A DNA stretch of 64,000 nucleotides, taken from a bacterium (lineage in GTDB: Bacteria > UBA8248). Positions 53,136-62,049 of the stretch are shown here, piece by piece. The notes below the pieces were generated by a model. The model did not search any database, was not told the DNA's origin, and worked only from the letters and a program-made list of their open reading frames with translations. The number at the start of each line of letters is the position of its first letter. The stretch's first letter is position 1. Where the stretch lies: contig OZ253442.1 in the NCBI GenBank assembly GCA_965261085.1, forward strand, positions 608,001-672,000, in the 5' to 3' direction. A program made the translations under genes and the position numbers.

Positions 53136-53666
53136 ATGGCGAACGGAATGGGATTTATCGACCCGACGGCGGGTGGCTCGGCTGCGCGAATCGAGCTTGC
53201 GCAACGGCCCGACGATCTTTCTGGAAAAGTGGTGGGCCTCCTCGATAACACCAAAGAACAAGCAGATATTATTTTAGAAACTCTGGGGAATGCTCTGCGC
53301 GAGCAATACGATGTGGCCAGAGTCGTCTCGCTGCGCAAGGAGCATTACTCGAAACCCGCCACGGATGAAATGATCGAAGAAATGGCCCAGGAGGTGGATG
53401 TGGCGATTGCCGCATTGGGCGGCTGAGGCTCCTGCACGTTGTGCAGTGTGCACGACACCGTTGAATTTGAAAAACGTGGCATTCCTTCAACGACCATCAT
53501 CACCGAGGCATTCAAGAACGCGGCGGACTTTCAATTCCGTGGCAAAGGCATGGAAGGCCACCCGTATGTGCAGTTGCCTCACCCAGTCAGTAATTTACAG
53601 CCCGAAGAAATGCGGGAGACTACGCTCAAGTTTGTCGAAGAAGTGGCCAGCCATCTGAAAAGCTGA
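53136..53666 (+). CDS. UGSC-family selenoprotein, in-frame UGA at 53424-53426
   Basis: LSGKVVGLLDNTK...AIAALGG-U-GSCTLCSVHDTVEFEKRGIP...LPHPV; the two track ORFs are in frame; hairpin GTTGTGCA-GTG-TGCACGAC 53438-53456. Confidence 0.9.
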
Positions 53667-53705
53667 TCCGAGTCGAAGCGAAAAGGTATTTTCCAGGAGG
53701 GGTAT

Positions 53706-54488
53706 GTGCGCGAATTTGAAACGATATCTTATTCGGAAGAAGATGGATTGGCGTTAGTGAAGCTCAACCGCCCGGAGAGCCTGAATGCGGTCAGCTTCAA
53801 GATGGCGGAAGAATTCGTGGAATTGGCGCGAACCTTGGCCGACGCACAGAAAGTGCGTGTAGTTATCCTCACTGGAGAGGGACGCTCTTTCAGTACGGGT
53901 CGAGACTTGAAAGAAAGCGCTACGCATACGAAGGAGATGGCTGATCAGTACCAGCGTCATGTGATGGTGACGACGACATTATGGGAGCGTTTACCCATGC
54001 CCACCATCGCCGCCATCAATGGTCACGCGTTTGGCTGGGGTGTGGAAATTACATTGGGATGCGACATCAGGCTGGCTGCGGAAGAGGCCACTCTTTGTCT
54101 GCCGGAATGCAGCTTGGGTATTTTCCCTGGGGCTGGCGGGGTGGTCAGGCTCCAAAGAATCATGCCGGCTGGCCAGGCGAAAGAGCTGGTTTTCACGAGC
54201 AAGCGAATCGATGGAATAGAAGCCGAGCGCATCGGTTTGGTGAACAAGGCACATCCGCGTGACAGTCTCATGAACGAAGCGACGGCCATGGCGGAAACGA
54301 TAAGAGACAATGGCCCTCTGGGAGTTCGCGGGGCAAAGAAAGTAATCGACCAAACACTCGATATGCCGCTCGCTCAGGCTGTAGAGTTTTCCAACGCCCT
54401 CAGGTTGCCGTTGAATCACACCAAAGATTTCGCCGAAGCGCTGGCGGCGTTCAAAGAGAAGAGGAAACCCAATTTTACAGGAGAATAA
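53706..54488 (+). CDS. Enoyl-CoA hydratase/isomerase (crotonase)
   Basis: LNRPESLNA, PTIAAING.AFGWGVE, CDIR, PECSLGIFPGAGG. Confidence 0.9.
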   Translation: MREFETISYSEEDGLALVKLNRPESLNAVSFKMAEEFVELARTLADAQKVRVVILTGEGRSFSTGRDLKESATHTKEMADQYQRHVMVTTTLWERLPMPTIAAINGHAFGWGVEITLGCDIRLAAEEATLCLPECSLGIFPGAGGVVRLQRIMPAGQAKELVFTSKRIDGIEAERIGLVNKAHPRDSLMNEATAMAETIRDNGPLGVRGAKKVIDQTLDMPLAQAVEFSNALRLPLNHTKDFAEALAAFKEKRKPNFTGE

Positions 54489-54517
54489 AAGTCGTCAAAA
54501 TTTTGCATGAACTACCG

Positions 54518-54545
54518 AGCCTGTCCTCCTGAGGATGGGCTTTTT
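54518..54545 (+). terminator. Possible internal terminator/attenuator
   Basis: AGCCTGTCCTC/GAGGATGGGCT stem followed by a T-run. Confidence 0.55.
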
Positions 54546-54562
54546 GTTCATTGGGACGGAAA

Positions 54563-55264
54563 ATGAATCAAGACCTGCTTATCACACATATTGAATCCAA
54601 TATCGCAAGCATCACAGTGAATCGCCCGGAAACGCGAAATGCGTTCAACACGCCATTGATGAAGGCCATGTGTATGGTGATGGCTGAAATTAAGGCCAAG
54701 CGGGATGTTAAAGTTCTTATAGTGACGGGCGCAGGAAGTTCTTTTTCTTCAGGCCGCGATCTGAAAGAAAGCACCACCCATACAAAAGAGCAAGCCAAGA
54801 GTTTCATGATGTTGGGTGAGAGATGGAGTACGACTCTCCGTGAATTGCCTGTTCCCACGATAGCCGCGGTGAACGGCCCCGCCTTCGGGTGGGGAATGGT
54901 GTTGATGCTCGCATGTGACATTCGTATTGCGGTGAATGATGCAATTTTGGGATATCCAGAGACCGCGTTGGGAGTATTTCCGGGAGCAGATGCCACCGTT
55001 CGTCTGACCCGACAGATTTTTGTGCCATCTGCAAAAGATTTGGTGCTCACCGGCAGAAGGTTTGATGCGCAAGAGGGATATCGCTTAGGATTGTTGAATC
55101 GGATCACTTCTAAGAGAGAATTGAGGGCGGAAACTGACGCTCTGGCTGGTGAAATTGCCCAAAATCCGCTGGAAAGACTAAAAGCGATGAAATCAACATT
55201 TGTGAAAGTTGAAATGATGCCGCGTTTTGGACATTTATCGGTGGCCGAGAAACTCGAACGATGA
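54563..55264 (+). CDS. Enoyl-CoA hydratase/isomerase paralog (shorter C-terminus)
   Basis: VNRPETRNA, GRDLKESTTHTKE shared with the upstream gene, PETALGVFPG. Confidence 0.85.
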   Translation: MNQDLLITHIESNIASITVNRPETRNAFNTPLMKAMCMVMAEIKAKRDVKVLIVTGAGSSFSSGRDLKESTTHTKEQAKSFMMLGERWSTTLRELPVPTIAAVNGPAFGWGMVLMLACDIRIAVNDAILGYPETALGVFPGADATVRLTRQIFVPSAKDLVLTGRRFDAQEGYRLGLLNRITSKRELRAETDALAGEIAQNPLERLKAMKSTFVKVEMMPRFGHLSVAEKLER

Positions 55265-55641
55265 AAGTCCGGGAGTGTTTTTTGCAGGCGGTAGCGATTG
55301 TTGGAGCGGAGGAAGACGCCAGAGAGGCATGGACGGCTATGAACAGGATAAATGCACCTTGGGCCGCGATTTTTAATGAGAAACGCTTGGTGGGGATCTT
55401 AAATAAAAGCGACATTGATGCGGTTATTCGTGTGCCCGAGGTTTTTCAAATAGTGGGGGAGATTGCCGAGAAGGGAATGCCTGCGAGGCGAGGAATGTCT
55501 TTGTCTCCAAACATGGATTTGAACGAGGCTGCTCTTCAACTCGAAATGGCGAGAACGGATGCCGCTTTAGTCGAAGGTGTTGGCAGACCACCTGGCGTTA
55601 TTGAAATGGATGCAGCCAATCGCGCATTGTTATTTACTTAA
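55261..55641 (+). CDS. Degenerate CBS-domain-like protein
   Basis: MKVREC..., RLVGILNKSDI, SPNMDLNEAA; ATGA overlap with upstream gene. Confidence 0.55.
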   Translation: MKVRECFLQAVAIVGAEEDAREAWTAMNRINAPWAAIFNEKRLVGILNKSDIDAVIRVPEVFQIVGEIAEKGMPARRGMSLSPNMDLNEAALQLEMARTDAALVEGVGRPPGVIEMDAANRALLFT

Positions 55642-55719
55642 TGATGCGCTTTTTGTTTTCCTTGAAGCTAGCCGAATCATTGCCTCGCTTTCGGGGAATG
55701 ATTAGCGGGAGGGGTATAG

Positions 55720-56916
55720 ATGGAATTCACATTAAGTGAAGATCAGTTGCGGATTCAGCAAATAGCCAGAAAATTTTCCTATGAAGAACTGGCCCCGGTG
55801 GCCCCCGAACGCGATCGGATTCAGAATTGGGAAGAGCGGATGCCGTGGGACTTGACGGAAAAAGCAAGCGCTTTGGGCCTCCGGCAACTGCCTTATCCGA
55901 AAGAATATGGCGGCATGGACGCCGATGTGCTTTCGTGTTGCCTGGCGGGGGAAGAGCTTGCCGTGGGTGATCTGGGTTTTGCGGTAAATCTGGATCAGAC
56001 CTGGAAGCTGTCTCATATCCTCGAAATAGTTGAGCCTGAACTCAGAGACCCCTGGATAAAACGCTTGTGTGAAGAACCAAGATTCCTGGTTGCGATTTCC
56101 ATGACGGAAGAAGGAGCGGGAAGCGATCACCAAGGATATTATGACGATCCCTCCATCGCGCTTTATGCGCGTGCGGAGAAAAAAAATGGCAAATGGATCA
56201 TCAATGGGAAAAAGCGCTACATCAGCAACGGCCCTGTGGCATCATTGTACGTTTTAGCGGCGAGAACTGATCTCAGCAAAAACCTAAGAGAAAGTTTAAC
56301 TGGTTTTCTGGTTCCGAGAGACACTCCTGGCGTATCGATCGGCCATGTGCATGAAAAAATTGGTCAACGTCTTTCGATGAATTCGGAAATCTTTTACGAA
56401 AATGTCGAAATTCCAGAGAACCACGTTATCTTAGGTGAAGGAAGCATGTTTGAAATCAGGGGCAATCTCCTGGCGATGGGCAAACCAGAAGCAGCCGCCA
56501 CAGTTCTGGGTGTCGGACGCGCCGCATTCGAAAAAGCCCTTGATTACAGCCGAAAACGTGTTCAGGGAGGCAAGCCCATCGCCCAGCATCAGGCGATAGA
56601 AACCATGCTCGCTGATATGGCGATGAATCTGGATATCGCGCGCACCTACATTTGGCGCACTGCCTGGGCGGTGGATCATCAAAAACCCTATGATTTCACG
56701 CAAGGATGGAAGTGCAAGGTTTTTGCATCGGAGGTTGCCTTTGACTGCGCGCGTCTGGGGATGGAGATATTTGGAGGAGCGGGCATTATGCACGACGCTC
56801 CCATGGAGAAATATCTTCGTGATGCCAGCACATTTTTGCATTCAGACGGCACGAATCAAGTCTTGCGGTTGAGAACGGCCCAGGCCTATGTGAAAGGCTT
56901 AGCCACGGCGTTTTAG
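55720..56916 (+). CDS. Acyl-CoA dehydrogenase-family flavoprotein
   Basis: MTEEGAGSD, WIINGKKRYISNG, RVQGGKPI..HQAI, GGAGIM, EKYLRDA. Confidence 0.92.
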   Translation: MEFTLSEDQLRIQQIARKFSYEELAPVAPERDRIQNWEERMPWDLTEKASALGLRQLPYPKEYGGMDADVLSCCLAGEELAVGDLGFAVNLDQTWKLSHILEIVEPELRDPWIKRLCEEPRFLVAISMTEEGAGSDHQGYYDDPSIALYARAEKKNGKWIINGKKRYISNGPVASLYVLAARTDLSKNLRESLTGFLVPRDTPGVSIGHVHEKIGQRLSMNSEIFYENVEIPENHVILGEGSMFEIRGNLLAMGKPEAAATVLGVGRAAFEKALDYSRKRVQGGKPIAQHQAIETMLADMAMNLDIARTYIWRTAWAVDHQKPYDFTQGWKCKVFASEVAFDCARLGMEIFGGAGIMHDAPMEKYLRDASTFLHSDGTNQVLRLRTAQAYVKGLATAF

Positions 56917-56939
56917 CGACACCGAAAGAGGTATTCGAG

Positions 56940-57491
56940 ATGATGGGTCGGTTGGATGGCTGGCGGCAAGGTGAATTATTCCTTCAAGACGGAGAATCGC
57001 TAAAACATCATGTTGCTGACTGGCTGAAGAAAGTGCGCTCGGAATTCTCGGTTTTTATGTCGGATGAGGGCATTGCGGAAATAAGAATGTTGAATGGCGT
57101 GGAGAAGCCTCTCGCGGCTGATCATGCGAGTGAACAATCAACGCCTTTGAGTCGTCGAGCCTCAAAGGAAATAGAAGAGTACCTGAGAGGCACTCGCCAA
57201 AGTTTCAAACTGAAAACAGACCTCTCCATTCTCACGCCTTTTATGGAAAAGGTACTCAGGGAGACAGAAAAAATTCCTTATGGAGAGACACGCTCCTACG
57301 GCTGGGTGGCGAAGCAGATCGGCAACCTGAAAGCTTCACGCGCCGTTGGACAGGCGCTGCATAGAAATCCCGTTCCCCTTGTAATACCCTGACATCGGGT
57401 CATCGCGAGTTCGGGTGAACTCGGTGGATTCGCTAGCAGCGTGTCGCTCAAGGCGGCACTCTTAGTCCATGAGAGGAGTCATAAAAATTAG
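56940..57491 (+). CDS. ogt: Methylated-DNA-protein-(seleno)cysteine methyltransferase, in-frame UGA at 57390-57392
   Basis: [42 protein letters not shown]...K..LL.HE to TAG 57491; hairpin CGAGTTC-GGGT-GAACTCG 57406-57423. Confidence 0.88.
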
Positions 57492-57541
57492 GGCACGCGG
57501 ATTTCGCTTGGTGGCATCCAGGAAATATCGGAGGATGAAAA

Positions 57542-58117
57542 ATGTCAAAACAGATGAATGATTTTGTCGATCATGTACGTCAAATTGTAAAAACAGGTGG
57601 CTCCGAAGAAGAAATAACCGCCCGCGTAGCGGCGAGCCTCGATCCGATTCTCAGTGACCCGGACTTGTTGAGTGATGATCAACTCTTGGTGAAACAAGAA
57701 GGATTTACGCTCAACCAGATTCATATCGAGCCGGATGAGAATTTCTCCATAGGTGCCGGCATATGGGATGTAGGACAGACTACTCCGATTCACGATCATG
57801 GTACTTGGGGCGTGATAGGCATTTACCGTGGAATGGAGAACGAAGAGAGTTTTTTGCGTGAAGGTCCCCGGGAAAACGGGGCCCGTGTAAATCTTACACC
57901 CCAAGGCAAACGCTTGGCCGGGCCCGGAGATGTCTTTGTCTGCTGCACAAAGGACAATGACGTGCACCGAGTGAGTTGTGCTTCGTCTGAACCCGTGGTG
58001 GGTGTCCATGTCTATGGTGGTAATCTCGCCAAGATAGCGCGTTTTAAGTACGAAGAATTAACCGGCGAAGTGAAATCGTTTAATACAGGGTGGGATTATG
58101 CGAAAAACTCTGCTTGA
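57542..58117 (+). CDS. Cysteine dioxygenase-family (thiol dioxygenase-like) cupin
   Basis: W..GQTTPIHDHGTWG, DVHRV, GVHVYG. Confidence 0.8.
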   Translation: MSKQMNDFVDHVRQIVKTGGSEEEITARVAASLDPILSDPDLLSDDQLLVKQEGFTLNQIHIEPDENFSIGAGIWDVGQTTPIHDHGTWGVIGIYRGMENEESFLREGPRENGARVNLTPQGKRLAGPGDVFVCCTKDNDVHRVSCASSEPVVGVHVYGGNLAKIARFKYEELTGEVKSFNTGWDYAKNSA

Positions 58118-58232
58118 TGCATAAAAAACCGACGAAGGTATGCTTGATGCCGCAGAGCAATTTTTTCTGAGAAGTAATCAACAAATGCCTCCCCCAAGAA
58201 CATTCATTCCCATATGAAAACGAGCACATCCT

Positions 58233-58937
58233 CTACCATGGCATGAGATTTCTGTCCTGAAAATACCCTCCTGTAGGGCCATCCTTCGGTAATAAAGCGA
58301 GCCATACAGGAGTGTCGGCTCCTTCATCAATTGACTTTGAGGCGCCCCGACCACCCATGTCGGTTCTCACCCATCCGGGATGGCAACAATTAACCAGCAC
58401 TCCGGTTCCCCGAAATTCACTCGCGAGAACTTTCGTCATCGCATTCAGCGCGGTTTTAGTGATTCTGTATGCGGGAGACCCTCCTCCCATGTTAGTGAGA
58501 GAGCCCATACCGCTTGAGACGTTCACGATTCTACCGGCTGAACTTTTCTTGAGAAGAGGCGCCAAGTTTTGGCACATCATAAGAGGGCCGTAGAGGTTGG
58601 TTTCCATCATTTCGCGGACGATCTCGATGGGAACGTCCATCCCCATCATTCCTGCATCTTTTCTAATGGCTGCGTTGTTGATTAAAATATCCAGGCGACC
58701 GAATTCTTGAGTCAAAAACCCGGCTAAAGAATCAATGCTATCGCGATTGGCAACATCCAATGAGTGGAATATGGTTTCCAGTCCCTCTTTGTGTAGTTGC
58801 TCTTTAGCGCTTGCACCTCTGGATGTATCTCGCGCCGTCAGGATCGTTCGTATTCCCTGCTTTGCAAGTGCTCGGCAAATTCCAAAACCGATGCCTTTGT
58901 TGCCGCCCGTTACGACGGCGATTTTTTCTTCAGGCAA
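58233..58937 (-). CDS. SDR family oxidoreductase (carbonyl reductase-like)
   Basis: TGGNKGIG, NNAA, YRITK, HPGWVRTDMGG. Confidence 0.9.
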   Translation of the reverse strand: MPEEKIAVVTGGNKGIGFGICRALAKQGIRTILTARDTSRGASAKEQLHKEGLETIFHSLDVANRDSIDSLAGFLTQEFGRLDILINNAAIRKDAGMMGMDVPIEIVREMMETNLYGPLMMCQNLAPLLKKSSAGRIVNVSSGMGSLTNMGGGSPAYRITKTALNAMTKVLASEFRGTGVLVNCCHPGWVRTDMGGRGASKSIDEGADTPVWLALLPKDGPTGGYFQDRNLMPW

Positions 58938-59077
58938 TTCTCATCTCCTTTGTCTATAAGTTTCACTGGGTGATTTTAACTGAATTCATGTGTTTCACCA
59001 GTGTGCTCGGGGAATGATTCTGGAATCAATTCAACTCCCTGTTGTATCATGGAGGGGAATCGCCTCGTACTCTAAGT

Positions 59078-59818
59078 ATGTCGAAGAACGTGCATTGGAA
59101 AAAACAATTGAATTCAATTCACCTGATCCTGTTCGATGTAGATGGAACGCTGCTTCTAAGCGGAGGCGCAGGGGCAAGAGCGTTGAATATCGCTTTTGAG
59201 CACATATACAGGATACCCAACGCGATGCGTCATGTTGAGCCGCACGGCAAGACGGATGAACTCATCGTACAGGAAATGTTTCATTCTCACCTTGGACGTT
59301 GCGGGAGCGAGTTTGAGATGAAAGTTCTTTTGGAGAAATATCTAGAAATCTTACCCGGCACAGTTATGGATTCCAAGAACTTTCATCTGATGCCGGGAAT
59401 CCCAGATTTGCTTTCGTATCTGAAGAGTCGAGAAGACGTATTCATGGGGTTGGGGACGGGAAATATCGAGGAGGGTGCGCGAATCAAACTCTCGCGTGGT
59501 GGGCTGAATCAGTTTTTTTCGTTCGGAGGGTTCGGATCCGATTCTGGAGACAGGGCGGAATTGCTGGAAGCAGGATTTCTGCGAGGCGAGGCGATCATTC
59601 AAAAGGAATTCCCGCGTAGATCCATTTCTCGTTGGGTGATAGGCGATACATGGCGCGATGTAACGGCGGGTCGCGCATGTGGAGCGAAGACGATGGCTGT
59701 GGCTACCGGCGGTGATTCTCTTTATGAGTTGGCGAACGCCTCTCCGGATTTTCTTTTTGCCACTTTGGAGGATAAGGAGAGGTTTTGTGAAATTTTGGAT
59801 GTGGGTGTTAGAGCATGA
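59078..59818 (+). CDS. HAD-family hydrolase
   Basis: LFDVDGTL, TGN, GGFGSD, VIGDTWRD. Confidence 0.88.
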   Translation: MSKNVHWKKQLNSIHLILFDVDGTLLLSGGAGARALNIAFEHIYRIPNAMRHVEPHGKTDELIVQEMFHSHLGRCGSEFEMKVLLEKYLEILPGTVMDSKNFHLMPGIPDLLSYLKSREDVFMGLGTGNIEEGARIKLSRGGLNQFFSFGGFGSDSGDRAELLEAGFLRGEAIIQKEFPRRSISRWVIGDTWRDVTAGRACGAKTMAVATGGDSLYELANASPDFLFATLEDKERFCEILDVGVRA

Positions 59819-60498
59819 GCGAATCGTTGTATCCGGTTACGCCAAGTGAAATTTCCCATGTCTATCGGCTAATCCCCACATGGACGAAAGGAGAACTCGC
59901 GGATTTATCCGAGCCGCAATTGGAAAGAACAGGTACGCAAGAATGGGCGCGTTGGTCTCCAAGGAGGCAGCTTAGCCACATGGCCTACATCACGACGAGG
60001 TGGTTCATGGTTCTCTACGGTGCCACTCGCCTACCCTGGTCGACTGTAGATATGAGTCAGTTCAGCACGTTTATCAATACGCGGGATGATGATCGTCGTT
60101 TTTCCTCGGAACGATACGGGAATATCGAGTGGTTACATTTGCGGTTTTCCGAGGCATGCGAAGCAGCGGCGGCTCAAATTGAAAAGAGGGTGGGAGAGAA
60201 TTTAGCGAATAAATCGTTGTTGTTCGTATTTACGGAATCATCTGTCGTGGGTGTGAGTGAGGAACGTTCGGTTGATTTGTGGAATCGCTGCAAGGAATGC
60301 CATCCAGATGGATTAACGATTGATTCTGACCACGCACATGGATTTCGAATGACACCTTCGGCGACTTTGCGTCATGTGCTCTGGGACGATTTGATTCACT
60401 TGCGCTCCATCAGGCTTCATCGTGAAGCCTTGGGCTTGTCGCCTGTTTATCCCGATGTTCCCGTGGGCGGTTATGCCTCCGCGTATCCAGTTTCTTGA
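59815..60498 (+). CDS. DinB-superfamily protein
   Basis: WSPRRQLSHMA...LRHVLWDDLIHLRSI (His triad). Confidence 0.7.
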   Translation: MSESLYPVTPSEISHVYRLIPTWTKGELADLSEPQLERTGTQEWARWSPRRQLSHMAYITTRWFMVLYGATRLPWSTVDMSQFSTFINTRDDDRRFSSERYGNIEWLHLRFSEACEAAAAQIEKRVGENLANKSLLFVFTESSVVGVSEERSVDLWNRCKECHPDGLTIDSDHAHGFRMTPSATLRHVLWDDLIHLRSIRLHREALGLSPVYPDVPVGGYASAYPVS

Positions 60499-61001
60499 TG
60501 AGAATCCCGAATCCATCTCGAGTGAATTTCCTTTTTTGGTTTGTGTTCATCGCTTTTGCATCCACGGCGGGTGCGCTTTTATTCTTCTCGCAACCACTAT
60601 TTCTTTACAAAACAGGCGTTAAAGTATCTTTGATGGCAGAAGCAAAAAAATTGAGAGGAATGCCTCCGGAAGACATCACAAGGAATATCGGCCGTATTCT
60701 CAAGAATTATTTGGATGCTTCAAAGCACACCAGCCGTGCGGATGTTCGCGTATCCGAGATAGACCGTGAGAGGTTGTCTATTAACATTCTGTTGCCATGG
60801 GCAGAGGTGAGCGCAAAAAAAAGAAGACAAAGGGCAGAGTTAGTCTGTCGTCTAGGTGGTGAAATGCTTGAAAATGCGGGAGCAAAAAACGCAATTTTAC
60901 TGGTGAATCTCCTGCGTATGGCTAGAGACTTAAAAACCAGCGAGCCTGTGGGTGCGGTGGTCTATTCTTCACAAGACAAAAGATGTACGTGGAAAGGATA
61001 G
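60495..61001 (+). CDS. Hypothetical membrane-anchored protein
   Basis: N-terminal TM segment, overlaps the upstream stop. Confidence 0.6.
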   Translation: MMRIPNPSRVNFLFWFVFIAFASTAGALLFFSQPLFLYKTGVKVSLMAEAKKLRGMPPEDITRNIGRILKNYLDASKHTSRADVRVSEIDRERLSINILLPWAEVSAKKRRQRAELVCRLGGEMLENAGAKNAILLVNLLRMARDLKTSEPVGAVVYSSQDKRCTWKG

Positions 61002-61132
61002 CTTTTTCAAAAAACTGGACCATTTTTTAGGCAAAAAACTACAAATGCCAGTGCCTTTTCTTCATTGAGCATTCTTTCTGCTAGACTGAACACATATGGT
61101 TTATTTCTAAGGTTCAACCAGGAGAGGTGGCT

Positions 61133-62032
61133 ATGACTCTTGAAACTGTTGCCATTATCAGCCCAGGAGATATGGGGCATGCGGTGGGTCAAATGCTGGG
61201 TTTGCATGGGATGGAAGTGGTGACTTGTCTCGCGAATAGAAGCGAGAGGACGAAGCGCTTGGCGGCTGAAGGGGGTATTAAAGATTGCCCGACAATGGCT
61301 GAAATGTTGGAGCGCGCGGATCTCGTTTTATCCATTGTGCCTCCAGGTTTGGCCGCTCGTGTGGCGGGTGAAGTGGTGGAATCTATGACGGTCTCCGGTT
61401 TTTATCCGCCATATGCCGACTGTAATGCCGTGTCGCCGGAAACAGCAAAAACTATGGCTAAGAGAATTTCTAATGCCGGGGCGGATTTTATCGATGGAGG
61501 GATTTTGGGCCCCCCTCCGCGTGAGGGGGGAAACTCGACCAGGTTTTACTTTAGCGGCGATCGGGCGGAGCTGCTATCCGAATTGGATGGAAAAGGGATC
61601 GTGGTCCGCTTGCTTGGGCCAGAGGTTGGCCGGGCTTCTGGAATCAAGATGTGTTACGCCGCCCTCACTAAGGGAACCCATGCTCTTCAAACCGCGGTCA
61701 TTACTCTGGCCGAAGCGCTTGGCCTCACGCAGGAAGTGAGTCATGAGTTCCAAACAAGCCAAAAGGCTTATTATCAACAAATGAACTCAAGCGCCCCCCG
61801 TCTTCCCGTTGTGGCGTGGCGGTATATCGATGAGATGAAACAAATTGCGCAAACCTTTGAGGCCGCCGGCGTCACTCCGAAGTTTCATCAAGGAGCAGCG
61901 GCTATCTATTCCCACCTCGCGACGACGCCTTTAGCGGAACAAAATTTAGAGACCATGAACAAGAACTTATCTCCACAACAAGCGGCGGCGGTGTATGCAG
62001 AGCACTTGCCGATGAAAATGGACGATGTTTGA
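61133..62032 (+). CDS. NAD(P)-dependent oxidoreductase (3-hydroxyisobutyrate/6-PGD-like, DUF1932)
   Basis: ISPGDMG, DCNAVSP, DGGILGPPP, ASGIKMCYAALTKG. Confidence 0.85.
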   Translation: MTLETVAIISPGDMGHAVGQMLGLHGMEVVTCLANRSERTKRLAAEGGIKDCPTMAEMLERADLVLSIVPPGLAARVAGEVVESMTVSGFYPPYADCNAVSPETAKTMAKRISNAGADFIDGGILGPPPREGGNSTRFYFSGDRAELLSELDGKGIVVRLLGPEVGRASGIKMCYAALTKGTHALQTAVITLAEALGLTQEVSHEFQTSQKAYYQQMNSSAPRLPVVAWRYIDEMKQIAQTFEAAGVTPKFHQGAAAIYSHLATTPLAEQNLETMNKNLSPQQAAAVYAEHLPMKMDDV

Positions 62033-62049
62033 TGATTTAAGGAAATGAC

